This document shows, one piece after another, positions 29,735-39,709 of a stretch of 64,000 bases of DNA (the stretch's first letter is position 1; every line of letters begins with the position of its first letter). Under the pieces are notes generated by a model that was not told the origin of the DNA, searched no databases, and saw only the letters and a list, made by a program, of their open reading frames with translations. Origin of the DNA: a virus; the IMG/VR virus record IMGVR_UViG_3300042869_001157, positions 2,598 through 66,597 of that record, one strand, 5' to 3'. Made by a program: the position numbers and the translations under genes.

Positions 29735-31758
29735 TGAACTCTTTTGAGATCATTAAACCAAGCAAATGCTGTCCTGATCAGCAGATTGTTGTTCAACGCC
29801 ATGTTCTGACAGCAAAAAATGTTGATGGCAATGCATTTGTTGGGTCTATTGCTTCAAAACAAGAAATAGTCAACTACAAAGCAATGGTGAAAATGCTTGG
29901 TCTTGGTGACAACTATCGAGTTAAACGTGTCGGCACCATCGGTTCATCTTCCACTATTGGACAAACGGCGCAGGCAGTCGGTTCATATTTCTTGCCTGGC
30001 GATACGTCAATCCTGAGAAGCCCTATTCGTTCAACCGGATTTTCTTTACTAACCCCAGGAACACCCAATATCCCCAGACTTCCTAGTATGCGCACTGGTC
30101 GCGACAAAGTCCATAGATGTCCTGAAGGATTTCAGTATGGCGGTCGTTTTACAGATAATCAGTTCACTACATGTGGAGCAAAATTGTTCGACATTCCAAG
30201 CCCTCTTGGATTAGCCATGTCTGCTTTGCGTGCGTTACGCAGGGGAACAACCCTGAAGCCCATTCCTGTAGAAGGAAGGGCATTGACCCCGGGAGAGTAC
30301 GGAGGATCAGTGATTGATTCTCGTGCACCACAAATCCCACGAGTTACAGATAGTGATGTCAAAAAACAACTTGAAAGTATTAGGCAAATTGTCAAAGACA
30401 TGAATCAACCGAACCTTGATGCCAAGAGAATGGTACGGCGTGACGGGTTCATTCTGGAACCAGTGGTATCTCCAAAAGTTTTGAGAACCATTCCCGATAA
30501 CCGTGACATGGAAGGGGCAGCATACATTTTAAATGCAAATAATGTTTCTACCCTCGGTGGCGAAGAACTTGGGTTGCTCTCAAATACTGGAGTAACCAAA
30601 CTTATGTACGTTTTACCTGGTGGATCAACACTTAGTTTAGAAAAAGTTAGACCATTAACCGTTGGTGAACGTCGCAAACTTGGTAGAACAGTCAATGCTG
30701 CCTCTCGTATTGATAATAGTCAGATCGCTGCGGCAAGACTGATGTCTGTTGCTGAAGAAACTGGTGACGGGATTCAATATTCTGAAAATTTTGTTGGTGT
30801 CAGCAACCCCCATAAGAGAATTGCTACAAGAAATGGCAAAATGGTTGAAAGTTGGGTTGGTCAAGTATTTGCCAACCGCAAAGGCAAGCCATTGCCCGAG
30901 ACGAGACAGACTTCTTCTGAGGCTGGCATTTCTGAAAAAATATCTTCACTTCAAGAAGCGATTGAGCATATTGCGGCGGGTGGAAGTCTTGCTTCTATTT
31001 CCCCCGATATTCTCCAACAGGCGCTTATTCAGGCTGGATTATTCAAAGCACGCAATATTGGCAATAATCAGAAAATTTTCGACGGACCCAATGGAAGATC
31101 GTATTTGTCTATTAGTCCTATTAATGATTTTGAACATTTGAACGCAACTCTCGTTTCTGATATTCAACAGCATTTTGGTATTGAATCTCCAGACGTTTAT
31201 CCATATGGCTCGGGTCCTCGTCGTTCATATTTGAAAGAAACTTCTGGGACTGTTTATCCAGGAAATGTGCCATCTACCAGCAAACTATTTAAAGATGGCG
31301 ACATTTCTCATGTGGCTGCGCTTTTAGTGTCCGACTTATTGATCGGTGATTCCAATAGGTCGCCCGCAAGCGTCGAAATTATAGAATTGTCAGACAAAAA
31401 TGCGGTTGTCCCGACCATCAACTTGCCCGATTTTACTGAGATTCAAAAGAAAATCAAGACCCCCGAAGAACTCATCAGACAAATGGCATCACTTGCTGAA
31501 AATGGCTCCTATCAGGAGTATTATAGAGAGTTGAAGAGTCAACAAAAAAGACAATTCCTTGCCATCATCAATAAGTTGCTAGCAAGAGCACGGGCTTTTA
31601 ATTTTGAAAAATATCAAGCCAGATTTGTTATTGATGGAAGATTGACCGAAGTAGAAAAAAGTCATTTACTAATAATGCAGAAGATAGTCAAGCAGAGAAT
31701 TGGCTCTCTGGAAAGAGCCGGAGATTTGATCCGGAATATACTTGGAGGATTTCAGTGA
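29734..31758 (+). CDS. Head-associated protein with an RCPxG motif and a degenerate HipA/PI3-4-kinase-like C-terminal domain
   Basis: RCPEGFQYGGRFTD at about 30115. C-terminal EHLNATLVSDIQQHFGIESP...DLLIGDSNRSPAS resembles the HipA-like D-x-LIGN-x-DRH motif. Confidence 0.65.
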   Translation: MNSFEIIKPSKCCPDQQIVVQRHVLTAKNVDGNAFVGSIASKQEIVNYKAMVKMLGLGDNYRVKRVGTIGSSSTIGQTAQAVGSYFLPGDTSILRSPIRSTGFSLLTPGTPNIPRLPSMRTGRDKVHRCPEGFQYGGRFTDNQFTTCGAKLFDIPSPLGLAMSALRALRRGTTLKPIPVEGRALTPGEYGGSVIDSRAPQIPRVTDSDVKKQLESIRQIVKDMNQPNLDAKRMVRRDGFILEPVVSPKVLRTIPDNRDMEGAAYILNANNVSTLGGEELGLLSNTGVTKLMYVLPGGSTLSLEKVRPLTVGERRKLGRTVNAASRIDNSQIAAARLMSVAEETGDGIQYSENFVGVSNPHKRIATRNGKMVESWVGQVFANRKGKPLPETRQTSSEAGISEKISSLQEAIEHIAAGGSLASISPDILQQALIQAGLFKARNIGNNQKIFDGPNGRSYLSISPINDFEHLNATLVSDIQQHFGIESPDVYPYGSGPRRSYLKETSGTVYPGNVPSTSKLFKDGDISHVAALLVSDLLIGDSNRSPASVEIIELSDKNAVVPTINLPDFTEIQKKIKTPEELIRQMASLAENGSYQEYYRELKSQQKRQFLAIINKLLARARAFNFEKYQARFVIDGRLTEVEKSHLLIMQKIVKQRIGSLERAGDLIRNILGGFQ

Positions 31759-34700
31759 ATCGTTACGCCCTATTAAAAGATTCTATTAATGACAGTATTT
31801 TTGGAGTAATCGTTGATAGTAACGGTCTCTCAAAATTCTATGGCGTAAGCGCCAAAGGGCTAGAATGGTCCAAGTGGGCCAACGGGATTAACGTTAAAAG
31901 CGAAAACAACGGTTTACCAATTGGCGTAGTGGTAGGCGGTTACTCGGCCCTTCGTAACACTAACCCCAACTATATTCAAGCACTCGTAGATACTGTATCT
32001 CTCCGCAATCCTTCAATCAATAAGAAACAAGGCATCTCTGATTCTTTGATCAAGAACTCTTCCTCGGTTGTCCCTGGTGTTCGTGACGCGGAATTGCGTG
32101 CATTTGACATCGACAAGCGTAATGAAGCCATTGCTTTCAAAGCGCGTGCATTCCGTACCGACTCCAAAGTTTCATCGTTGCTTACCCAGGTGCGTGCGGA
32201 GCGACTGGGATTTGTTTCAGCCGAAGGCGTATTCAGTTCACGTAACCCAATCCATACCCCTGAAGTGAAGCAAGCAGAAATTATTGATTCGTATGGTCGT
32301 TCTTTGCAGCGTGCTATTGGCTTGAGTCTTATTCGTAAGAAGTCAGCCAAGATGCTTGCTGTTGTCCGCAAGGATCAGGCGCTTGCTCAGTCTTTTGGTA
32401 TTGAATTCAAGGCGGCTGGCATTGGTCCGAAGATTGGCAGTCGTTTGGGTGGCGGTCTTCGTTCTGCTCCTGCTGGCATGTCTTTTGTTGACGTTACTGG
32501 TGTGACTGACGCTGATACTGACGGTATCGTTTTTGAAGGTAAGCCTGGTCTTGAGCGTCCGATTATTCCTCGTTTTATGGTTCCGAAGGACCTTGCTCGT
32601 AAGTTGTCTGGGATTGTTGATGGTGATGCTGAAGAGATTGAGAAGCAGCGTCGTGCCGGCAATACGAGTGTTCAGTTTGATGAAGGTAAGTTGCGTAATA
32701 TTGTTGCGAGTGTTGGTGGGGATGCGAGTCTTCTTCAGGCTGTAACTAATGATCGTGGTGTTCCTGCTACTACGACTTCTGGGCGTGAGCGTGTTTCTGC
32801 TGCTGCACGTAATGTTGCTGGCAATATTGCTTCTCGTCGTAGGGAGATTGCTTCGCGTCGTGGTATGCGTAGTGGTCAGCGTGCCGATCTTGGTGATGCG
32901 ACTCCGCTTTCTCCTGGTGAGTTGAATAAGTTGTCGGAGCAGGAGATCGTTGATCGTTTGATTGAGGATCGTTATGCTGGTTTGAATCTTGATGAGGCTG
33001 CGAAGAAGTATGGTTTGAAGGGTGGTCGTGTTGAGGCTCGTCGTCTTGAGGCTCGCGAAATGCAGCGCCGTAATAACCAAGGTATGCGCTCGCGGACAAC
33101 ACCTCCAGGAATAGTTCGCGAAGATTATTTCAACTTTGAAGAATATGATTTCAATGATCAGGTTGTTGACGCGATGGGGAACTGGATGGGTCGACCGGAT
33201 CAGCAAGAAATGCGCGAAAGAAGCGGTGGACTTGAGGCACTCTGGGAAGACTTCAAGAAGTCTGACGAATACCGCGACATGGAAGCCGACATGCTGGATG
33301 ACAACCTTAAGTTCAGTGGAGCAACTTCGGATAATCCGGTACTAGTCTCAACCGCAGGCAATGACCGTGGTCAGGCAGAAATCAAATATGACGGAGAAAT
33401 GTTCACTGTTGACGTAAGTTTATGGAATAACGAACAAGACGAACTTTTTGATACTCCAGAAGCCAAGAAAGAATTCGATAATCTGTCTGAAGCAGAAGAA
33501 TATGCATCGTCGCTATTTTCTGATGGCATGCGTTCACGTAACTTAAAAATGTCAGGTGCTCCAAAAGAAATTCAAGATTCTTACTCCGAAGATGACATTA
33601 AAAAAATTGAAAATTCATTACGTACTGGAGGTCGTCAGGAACTTCGCCTGTCGTGGGACTCAGAAAATAACGGTTGGATGCTTGATTCTTTTGATGCCGA
33701 CGGAGAAGTCTTTATTGAAGCAGACGCACCACTAGTTCGTTTAACTGATGCAATATCTGATGTTATTGCAGATCGATATGACTCAGAGGCATATGGTGGC
33801 GAACCGCCATACCTTAGCAATATGAATGAATTACTGCCCGATGAAGAAGATAGGGACGATAGTTGGATTAAAGAATATCCAGTTTCTGGTATGCGTTCAG
33901 TTACTGGTATTTCAGAAATGAACACTTCTGGCGCTCCAAAAGAATATGCAGATGCTCTAGAAAAATGGCGTGGCTATTTTGGCGAAACACCTACTCGTAG
34001 GAATAGAAGAACAGGAAAAGTAACTGAAAGTGAGCGGAATCACCCAGCACTACCTTCAGTCTATTGGAATAAAGAAAATGAATCGTGGGTGCTTTCGTTC
34101 GATGGCGAACCGACCGAATTAAGTATTTATTCTGACGATCCAAGAGAAGCAGCAAAGGCAGTTTCGGATATTCTTGAAACAACAGCAGATCGTTATCGTT
34201 GGGAAAATGAAGACAACTTTGGGGATATTAGCGATTTGGCAGATATCGGTGAGATGTACAGTGATGGCGACGGTAAAGATAGAACCGTAAAAATTACCGC
34301 TGGTATGCGTTCCAGTTCAGGAAACATTAATAGTTTTGACGACTATCTGAACCATCCCGCATTTGATAGAGATTTTGCTGAATGGCGCAAAGACAATCCA
34401 GGTAAAAATAAGAGAGATTTTATTGACGACCCAGACGGCGCAGAAGAATACTTCTCGCTTGGTATGGAAGAAGCAGGCGCATCCTTAAACCCAGAATCAT
34501 ATTTTGGCACTTCTGGCATGCGTTCACGTTCAGGTGGTATGCGTTCACGAGTTGGTGGTGGCAAATGGGATGGCAAGCGACCAGAACCACAAGACATTAA
34601 AGCAGGTGCAGACTTAAGCGGAGCGGACCTTAGTTATCAAATTTTGCGTCGTATTGACTTGAGTGATGCTAATCTAACTGGAGCAAATCTTGTTGGTACA

Positions 34701-37700
34701 AAAATTAATGGTGCTAATTTGAAAGGTGCAAATCTAACAGATGCCAACCTTAGTAGAACAGAATTGCAAGCCTCAAATCTTGTTGGCGCAAAACTTACTG
34801 GCACTGATTTCACTAGTGCAAACCTATCAAATGTCAACCTAACAAATGCCGACCTATCTTCCGCAAACCTGTATAGCACAATGCTTGATGGGGCAAATCT
34901 AACTAACGCAAACCTTCAGGGCGCAAACCTTCGCGGTGCAAAAATGCAAGCAACAAACTTGAACAATGCAAACTTAATTAAAGCAAACTTAACTGACGCA
35001 AATCTTACTGACGCAAAACTAATTGCCGCAGACTTAATTTACGCAGACCTACGAAAAGCAAAAATGATTCGTGCAGACTTGCGATTTGCGAACTTGGCAG
35101 GCGCAAACTTAACTAGAGCAAACCTTGGTACTGCAAACCTAAAAAAAGCAAATCTAGAAGAAGCAAACTTAACTGACGCAAACGTCACTGACGCAAATCT
35201 TACTGACGCAAAACTGGATAATGCAGTTTTAACGAACGTAAGAATGCCCAGAGACTGGATCATCAGCAATTTGGGCACTGCTGGTATGCGTTCACGTGGC
35301 TATCGTAATGACGATGATTCGGATTACGATAATGAGGATTACGGAGTTGACAGGGGAGACTGGGACGATGATCTAGACCCCGATGAGCGTCGACGCATCA
35401 TGGATGGTATGCGTCGACGTTCAGGTGGAATGCGTTCCAGGTACTCTGATGACAGTGCAGATGGCTACGCGGAAGCAGATGCGCCCGATCTTGATAGAGA
35501 AGATTACGAGAACTACATAGATACTCCTACGTTTGAAGAACATTTAGGTGAATGGCTCGTAGATAACCCGGGCAAGACTAGAGAAGATTTCATCAATGAC
35601 CCCGACGGTGCAGAACTCGCATGGGACAAATTTTTTGAAAACGATGATCCAAAAAAGTATTACGGCATTAGTGATGCTGAGTGGGCTGCCGCTTTCCGTT
35701 CACGTTCAGGGAACATAAATAGTTTTGACGACTATTTGAACCATCCCGCATTCGATAGAGATTTTGCTGAATGGCGCAAAGACAATCCAGGTAAAAATAA
35801 GAGAGATTTTATTGACGACCCAGACGGCGCAGAAGAATACTTCTCGCTTGGTATGGAAGAAGCAGGCGCATCCTTAAACCCAGAATCATATTTTGGCACT
35901 TCTGGCATGCGTTCACGTTCAGGTGGTATGCGTTCCAGTACAAAACCATTAGTGGAAGCAGAACTCCTAACTGGCGATGATCTCACGCGAGAACAAGAAG
36001 AAATGCTATTTGAAATAGTTTTCAATAATGGAGGTATAAGTGATGCCAGGCTAAACGATGGTGATTACGAAACTGGCGATTTGATGGAAGCAGCAGGTAT
36101 CAATTTATACAATATTCAGGTTAATGACGAACTTGCACAACGTATTGAAGACGCCATAGTTGAGCGCGATAAAAATTATAACCGTTACATGGGTAAAAGT
36201 TACAATAGAGATTATGCTAGGACAATTATTGAACGTTGGCAAGATTCTGTAAATGACGACCCAGATGAAATGTTTGACGCACTTTCTTTATATGAAGGCG
36301 ATTTAGTTGCCGCAATGGAAAACCACTACGATGAATATGTGTATAGCCAATTAGATACTTTTGAAAATAGCCGTGATGGCGGCATGCGTTCACGTTCAGG
36401 TGGTATGCGTTCCAGTACGCAACTACGTGGCAGGGACTTCAAGCGTGATGCCAATATCAGAGCCAATCACCTTGGCAAAGATGCTGAAACATGGCCAAGA
36501 ACAGCAAGATTGCAAGACGTAATCTATCCCGAGAGACCTTATTATGGTGCTCAAGACGTGAGTCGGTCAGATAAAATTATTCTGAGTGCTCCAAGTGAAA
36601 ATGGTGGCCCTGAAGGAAAAGTATATATCGCAGAGTTTGACGACGAAACTGGAACACTCACAGTCAGTTGGGGCAGGGCAGACAGTAGAAATCTTCAGAC
36701 AAAAGTTTATTCAGGTAAAACTGAAGAAGATTTTCACAAGTTATTACGAGACAAAGAAAAGCGTGGATATCGACTAGAAGGTGGTCATATTCCTGCCAAA
36801 TCTTCATCATATGACAAAGATGTTGATTGGAAGGCAGATCATGAAAAACAAGCCAAGATGGGTATGCGTTCCAGTACAGGGACAGAACAGCGCCCCTATA
36901 CGAATGTCCCAGTAACAGGTTCATCAGCATTGCGACAAGCAAGTTATAACGCAGAAAAACAAGAACTAGTTGTAACTTACGCGAATGGAAAAACATACAC
37001 ATACAAAAACTTTTCAAATGATGACTTAGATAATTCTCTATCTGGGCCCGACTATGTCCTGACGGGCACTGCAGTAAATCAGATAAAGAAAAATCACGAT
37101 TTCCGCGAAGGTGGAACACACACATTTGATCCTCAATATCAAGATGTTCAAGGTCCAGGTGGAGAATTCAGTGTAGAAAAACTTTCCCGCCTTGGACGTG
37201 GAGAAAAAACTCAAATTCCAGTAAGCGGTTCTTCAGCAATCGAAGCACTCACATGGGACGATGAAAACGAAGACCTTATCGTAACCTACGCAGGTGGACG
37301 CACATACACATACAAAGATGTTGACTCTTACTGGATCGAAGATTTAGAAAGAGAAACTGGCACTGGCCGAATTATCAACAACATCAAAAAAGAAGGTTAT
37401 CGCGTAGTCGATGGCGGTGAACATGGTGATATGCCAAGTGAAGGCCTAACGGCAGAACGCGCAGAATTCGGTATGCGTTCACGCATGGCTCCCTCGTCAG
37501 GCCGTATCCGTGCAGCAGAAATGGAAATCTCCGCTCGCCCACAAGGAATGGCATCACGTCGCTCCGAAGGCCTCAAAGACCCACGTTTCGCCGTACCAGG
37601 ACGCGACCGCGTTGACCCATCAGATGGACAACTATGGAACCGCCTATCAGACGAAGAAAAAACAACCGTTGCAAACCGTGCCGTTAATCGCGAAAGAATG

Positions 37701-39308
37701 CTTCTCAACGAGTTCAAGCAACGATTCCCAAGATGGTGGGATAGAGCAAGTAAGGAAGCAGACAAAAAAGGTTGGGACAAAGATTTGATGAAGGGAGGCA
37801 ACGCTGGATGGCTTGACGAATTGCACAGATTCGTTACTAATCTTGCTGATGATCCGAACTATCCAGAGAAGAGTAGAGCCGACGCGGAGAAGCAGTTCAA
37901 TGACCTGCAGGCCCTTTATAACATGAGAATCAACCGAGGCTCACATGACCTTCTAGAACACTTGAATCCTACTTCGCGACGCTACCTATTTGACGATGCT
38001 CGACGCGATGACAGTAAGAAAACTGGGATTTCTGCTAGCAGTAAAGAAATGAAAACACCTTCTACTGCACCACGCCCATTCGGTGATCCGATTGATGTCG
38101 GAACACCAATTCGTGAACAGGTTGGACAGAATCAAAAGAAGCCAATGAAAGAACGTCTAGACGCATACTACAAGAGAATGTCAGACAAGATTCTTTATTC
38201 TGATCCCGCACGTCAGGCTCGCCGCGAAATGCGTAAAGCACGACGTCAAGGCATTAACGCTGGAGGATTCACCGAAAGAGAAGCCAACCCAGTAGATGAC
38301 GCAAAACGTAAGATTCGTCGCCGCAAGCGCCTCAAGCAAATGCGCAAAAATCGCACACGCGACGTCAGCACCATCTCTGACTCATCAACAAGTAACCGTA
38401 TAGATGGACGCCTTGCTCACACCGATGGCCAAGGTTCATTAGTATTCGGAGATAAGTTGGCTTCAACTCTTTCAACGATGATGCAAAATTATCGTACAGA
38501 AGCAAAACTGAAGCAGACCAAGGGCGGCGTTAATAAGAATAGAGCCCTTGCTGTTCTTTGGGATGGTGCCGGATATAACGGCACACCAAACATTGTTACA
38601 CCCGATGAATTCAAAGCACTTCATGCAGCCGGCTGGGTCCCTGTAGTAAGAGGACATGGCAACGGTTCAAATGGAGTTCGTTATGCGAACGACTGGATTG
38701 ACGATCCCGTACGTTTCATCACAGGACAAGGCGGAGAAGCGCAAGGCGAAGGTGAATACTGGGCAAGGGCTACGCAAGGCGGTGGTGGCTGGTTCAGTTG
38801 GATGGATGGTTCATTGCCTGCAGGCACTGTAGGTCTCCTCCCTCCATCAACACGTCGTGTTAATAAGGCAGAGTTGCGTAAAATTCAAGCAGAGCATGCT
38901 CCTTTGGCGAAAGCAATTAAGGCTTTTGACGCAGGACTGCCGACTGGAGAACGCGAAAAAATGAATGCTGAAGAGTATGTGGATCAATTGCGTGATCATT
39001 TACGTGGCTCGCTTGGACCAATTTATGAATCAACAATGTCCACCAAGATGGGTCAGATGACATCAAAGATTTTGGAATCACTAAGTGGTTCTTCGGATTC
39101 CAAGAAACAAGAACTTCTTGATTCTTTAGAATTCCTTGAACTTATTAGTAAGAAGAGAACTTCTAACTCATATGCTCCGCTATTAGGCTACGATACAATT
39201 ATGGCTGATAGCGGCGTAGAATTGATTCATAACCGCACGGCAATCACTATCGTTGGTGATACATTCAAGAGAGATGACGCAGTCAATTTGGCTAAGTCGA
39301 AAGCATAA
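31755..39308 (+). CDS. Giant multidomain protein (2517 aa): pentapeptide repeats, WGR domain, two KTSC domains, a duplicated module, a C-terminal ART-like domain and about 16-18 GMRS linkers
   Basis: A(D/N)LxxA repeats at about 34590-35240. KVYIAEF..TVSWGRAD..KEKRGY at about 36615-36775. SSALRQASYNAEKQELVVTY and SSAIEALTWDDENEDLIVTY at about 36920 and 37230. Confidence 0.82.
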   Translation: MNRYALLKDSINDSIFGVIVDSNGLSKFYGVSAKGLEWSKWANGINVKSENNGLPIGVVVGGYSALRNTNPNYIQALVDTVSLRNPSINKKQGISDSLIKNSSSVVPGVRDAELRAFDIDKRNEAIAFKARAFRTDSKVSSLLTQVRAERLGFVSAEGVFSSRNPIHTPEVKQAEIIDSYGRSLQRAIGLSLIRKKSAKMLAVVRKDQALAQSFGIEFKAAGIGPKIGSRLGGGLRSAPAGMSFVDVTGVTDADTDGIVFEGKPGLERPIIPRFMVPKDLARKLSGIVDGDAEEIEKQRRAGNTSVQFDEGKLRNIVASVGGDASLLQAVTNDRGVPATTTSGRERVSAAARNVAGNIASRRREIASRRGMRSGQRADLGDATPLSPGELNKLSEQEIVDRLIEDRYAGLNLDEAAKKYGLKGGRVEARRLEAREMQRRNNQGMRSRTTPPGIVREDYFNFEEYDFNDQVVDAMGNWMGRPDQQEMRERSGGLEALWEDFKKSDEYRDMEADMLDDNLKFSGATSDNPVLVSTAGNDRGQAEIKYDGEMFTVDVSLWNNEQDELFDTPEAKKEFDNLSEAEEYASSLFSDGMRSRNLKMSGAPKEIQDSYSEDDIKKIENSLRTGGRQELRLSWDSENNGWMLDSFDADGEVFIEADAPLVRLTDAISDVIADRYDSEAYGGEPPYLSNMNELLPDEEDRDDSWIKEYPVSGMRSVTGISEMNTSGAPKEYADALEKWRGYFGETPTRRNRRTGKVTESERNHPALPSVYWNKENESWVLSFDGEPTELSIYSDDPREAAKAVSDILETTADRYRWENEDNFGDISDLADIGEMYSDGDGKDRTVKITAGMRSSSGNINSFDDYLNHPAFDRDFAEWRKDNPGKNKRDFIDDPDGAEEYFSLGMEEAGASLNPESYFGTSGMRSRSGGMRSRVGGGKWDGKRPEPQDIKAGADLSGADLSYQILRRIDLSDANLTGANLVGTKINGANLKGANLTDANLSRTELQASNLVGAKLTGTDFTSANLSNVNLTNADLSSANLYSTMLDGANLTNANLQGANLRGAKMQATNLNNANLIKANLTDANLTDAKLIAADLIYADLRKAKMIRADLRFANLAGANLTRANLGTANLKKANLEEANLTDANVTDANLTDAKLDNAVLTNVRMPRDWIISNLGTAGMRSRGYRNDDDSDYDNEDYGVDRGDWDDDLDPDERRRIMDGMRRRSGGMRSRYSDDSADGYAEADAPDLDREDYENYIDTPTFEEHLGEWLVDNPGKTREDFINDPDGAELAWDKFFENDDPKKYYGISDAEWAAAFRSRSGNINSFDDYLNHPAFDRDFAEWRKDNPGKNKRDFIDDPDGAEEYFSLGMEEAGASLNPESYFGTSGMRSRSGGMRSSTKPLVEAELLTGDDLTREQEEMLFEIVFNNGGISDARLNDGDYETGDLMEAAGINLYNIQVNDELAQRIEDAIVERDKNYNRYMGKSYNRDYARTIIERWQDSVNDDPDEMFDALSLYEGDLVAAMENHYDEYVYSQLDTFENSRDGGMRSRSGGMRSSTQLRGRDFKRDANIRANHLGKDAETWPRTARLQDVIYPERPYYGAQDVSRSDKIILSAPSENGGPEGKVYIAEFDDETGTLTVSWGRADSRNLQTKVYSGKTEEDFHKLLRDKEKRGYRLEGGHIPAKSSSYDKDVDWKADHEKQAKMGMRSSTGTEQRPYTNVPVTGSSALRQASYNAEKQELVVTYANGKTYTYKNFSNDDLDNSLSGPDYVLTGTAVNQIKKNHDFREGGTHTFDPQYQDVQGPGGEFSVEKLSRLGRGEKTQIPVSGSSAIEALTWDDENEDLIVTYAGGRTYTYKDVDSYWIEDLERETGTGRIINNIKKEGYRVVDGGEHGDMPSEGLTAERAEFGMRSRMAPSSGRIRAAEMEISARPQGMASRRSEGLKDPRFAVPGRDRVDPSDGQLWNRLSDEEKTTVANRAVNRERMLLNEFKQRFPRWWDRASKEADKKGWDKDLMKGGNAGWLDELHRFVTNLADDPNYPEKSRADAEKQFNDLQALYNMRINRGSHDLLEHLNPTSRRYLFDDARRDDSKKTGISASSKEMKTPSTAPRPFGDPIDVGTPIREQVGQNQKKPMKERLDAYYKRMSDKILYSDPARQARREMRKARRQGINAGGFTEREANPVDDAKRKIRRRKRLKQMRKNRTRDVSTISDSSTSNRIDGRLAHTDGQGSLVFGDKLASTLSTMMQNYRTEAKLKQTKGGVNKNRALAVLWDGAGYNGTPNIVTPDEFKALHAAGWVPVVRGHGNGSNGVRYANDWIDDPVRFITGQGGEAQGEGEYWARATQGGGGWFSWMDGSLPAGTVGLLPPSTRRVNKAELRKIQAEHAPLAKAIKAFDAGLPTGEREKMNAEEYVDQLRDHLRGSLGPIYESTMSTKMGQMTSKILESLSGSSDSKKQELLDSLEFLELISKKRTSNSYAPLLGYDTIMADSGVELIHNRTAITIVGDTFKRDDAVNLAKSKA
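34316..35935 (+). repeat. Near-identical 231-bp direct duplication (34316-34546 and 35705-35935) of one linker-bounded module
   Basis: Both copies encode SGNINSFDDYLNHPAFDRDFAEWRKDNPGKNKRDFIDDPDGAEEYFSLGMEEAGASLNPESYFGTSGMRSRSGGMRS with only a few synonymous differences. Confidence 0.92.
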
Positions 39309-39321
39309 GGTGAAGGGCATC

Positions 39322-39678
39322 ATGGAAACTGGAACAAATGAACGCATGTTCATGCAGCAACACTCTCATTTATCGGAATTGATGGATTATCCGCCATTTA
39401 CGACAAGTATTGAAAAATCTCAAGCATTTGAAGATGCATTGTCCGCAGCATATGACGTTATCTCTAAAAAACTTAACAAATTAGATGACGATATGGGAAT
39501 TGGTCGTGATGAAACTTTCAAGGACTCATATAAGGCTGTTGTTTCTAAATATATCGATGATATTGAAGAAGCAGAATTGTATCGTGTTCGCTATGGTGAG
39601 GACATTGAAGCAGCGCAAGCAGCAGCACTTGAGGCTGAAGGCAAGACAATAGACGATGATGGGGTACCATATCTCTAA
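39322..39678 (+). CDS. Small acidic hypothetical protein
   Basis: ORF directly downstream of the giant gene. ATG at 39322 avoids the overlap of the longer ORF-track version. Confidence 0.65.
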   Translation: METGTNERMFMQQHSHLSELMDYPPFTTSIEKSQAFEDALSAAYDVISKKLNKLDDDMGIGRDETFKDSYKAVVSKYIDDIEEAELYRVRYGEDIEAAQAAALEAEGKTIDDDGVPYL

Positions 39679-39709
39679 TAGTTAATTAGAATGTGAAGGA
39701 TTACTCTAC

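Noticed and set aside
32343-33206. 287-aa minus-strand Thr-rich ORF, and 6201-6992 similarly
   Set aside because: Antisense to well-supported giant genes; the length is explained by skewed third-position composition that lacks antisense stops.
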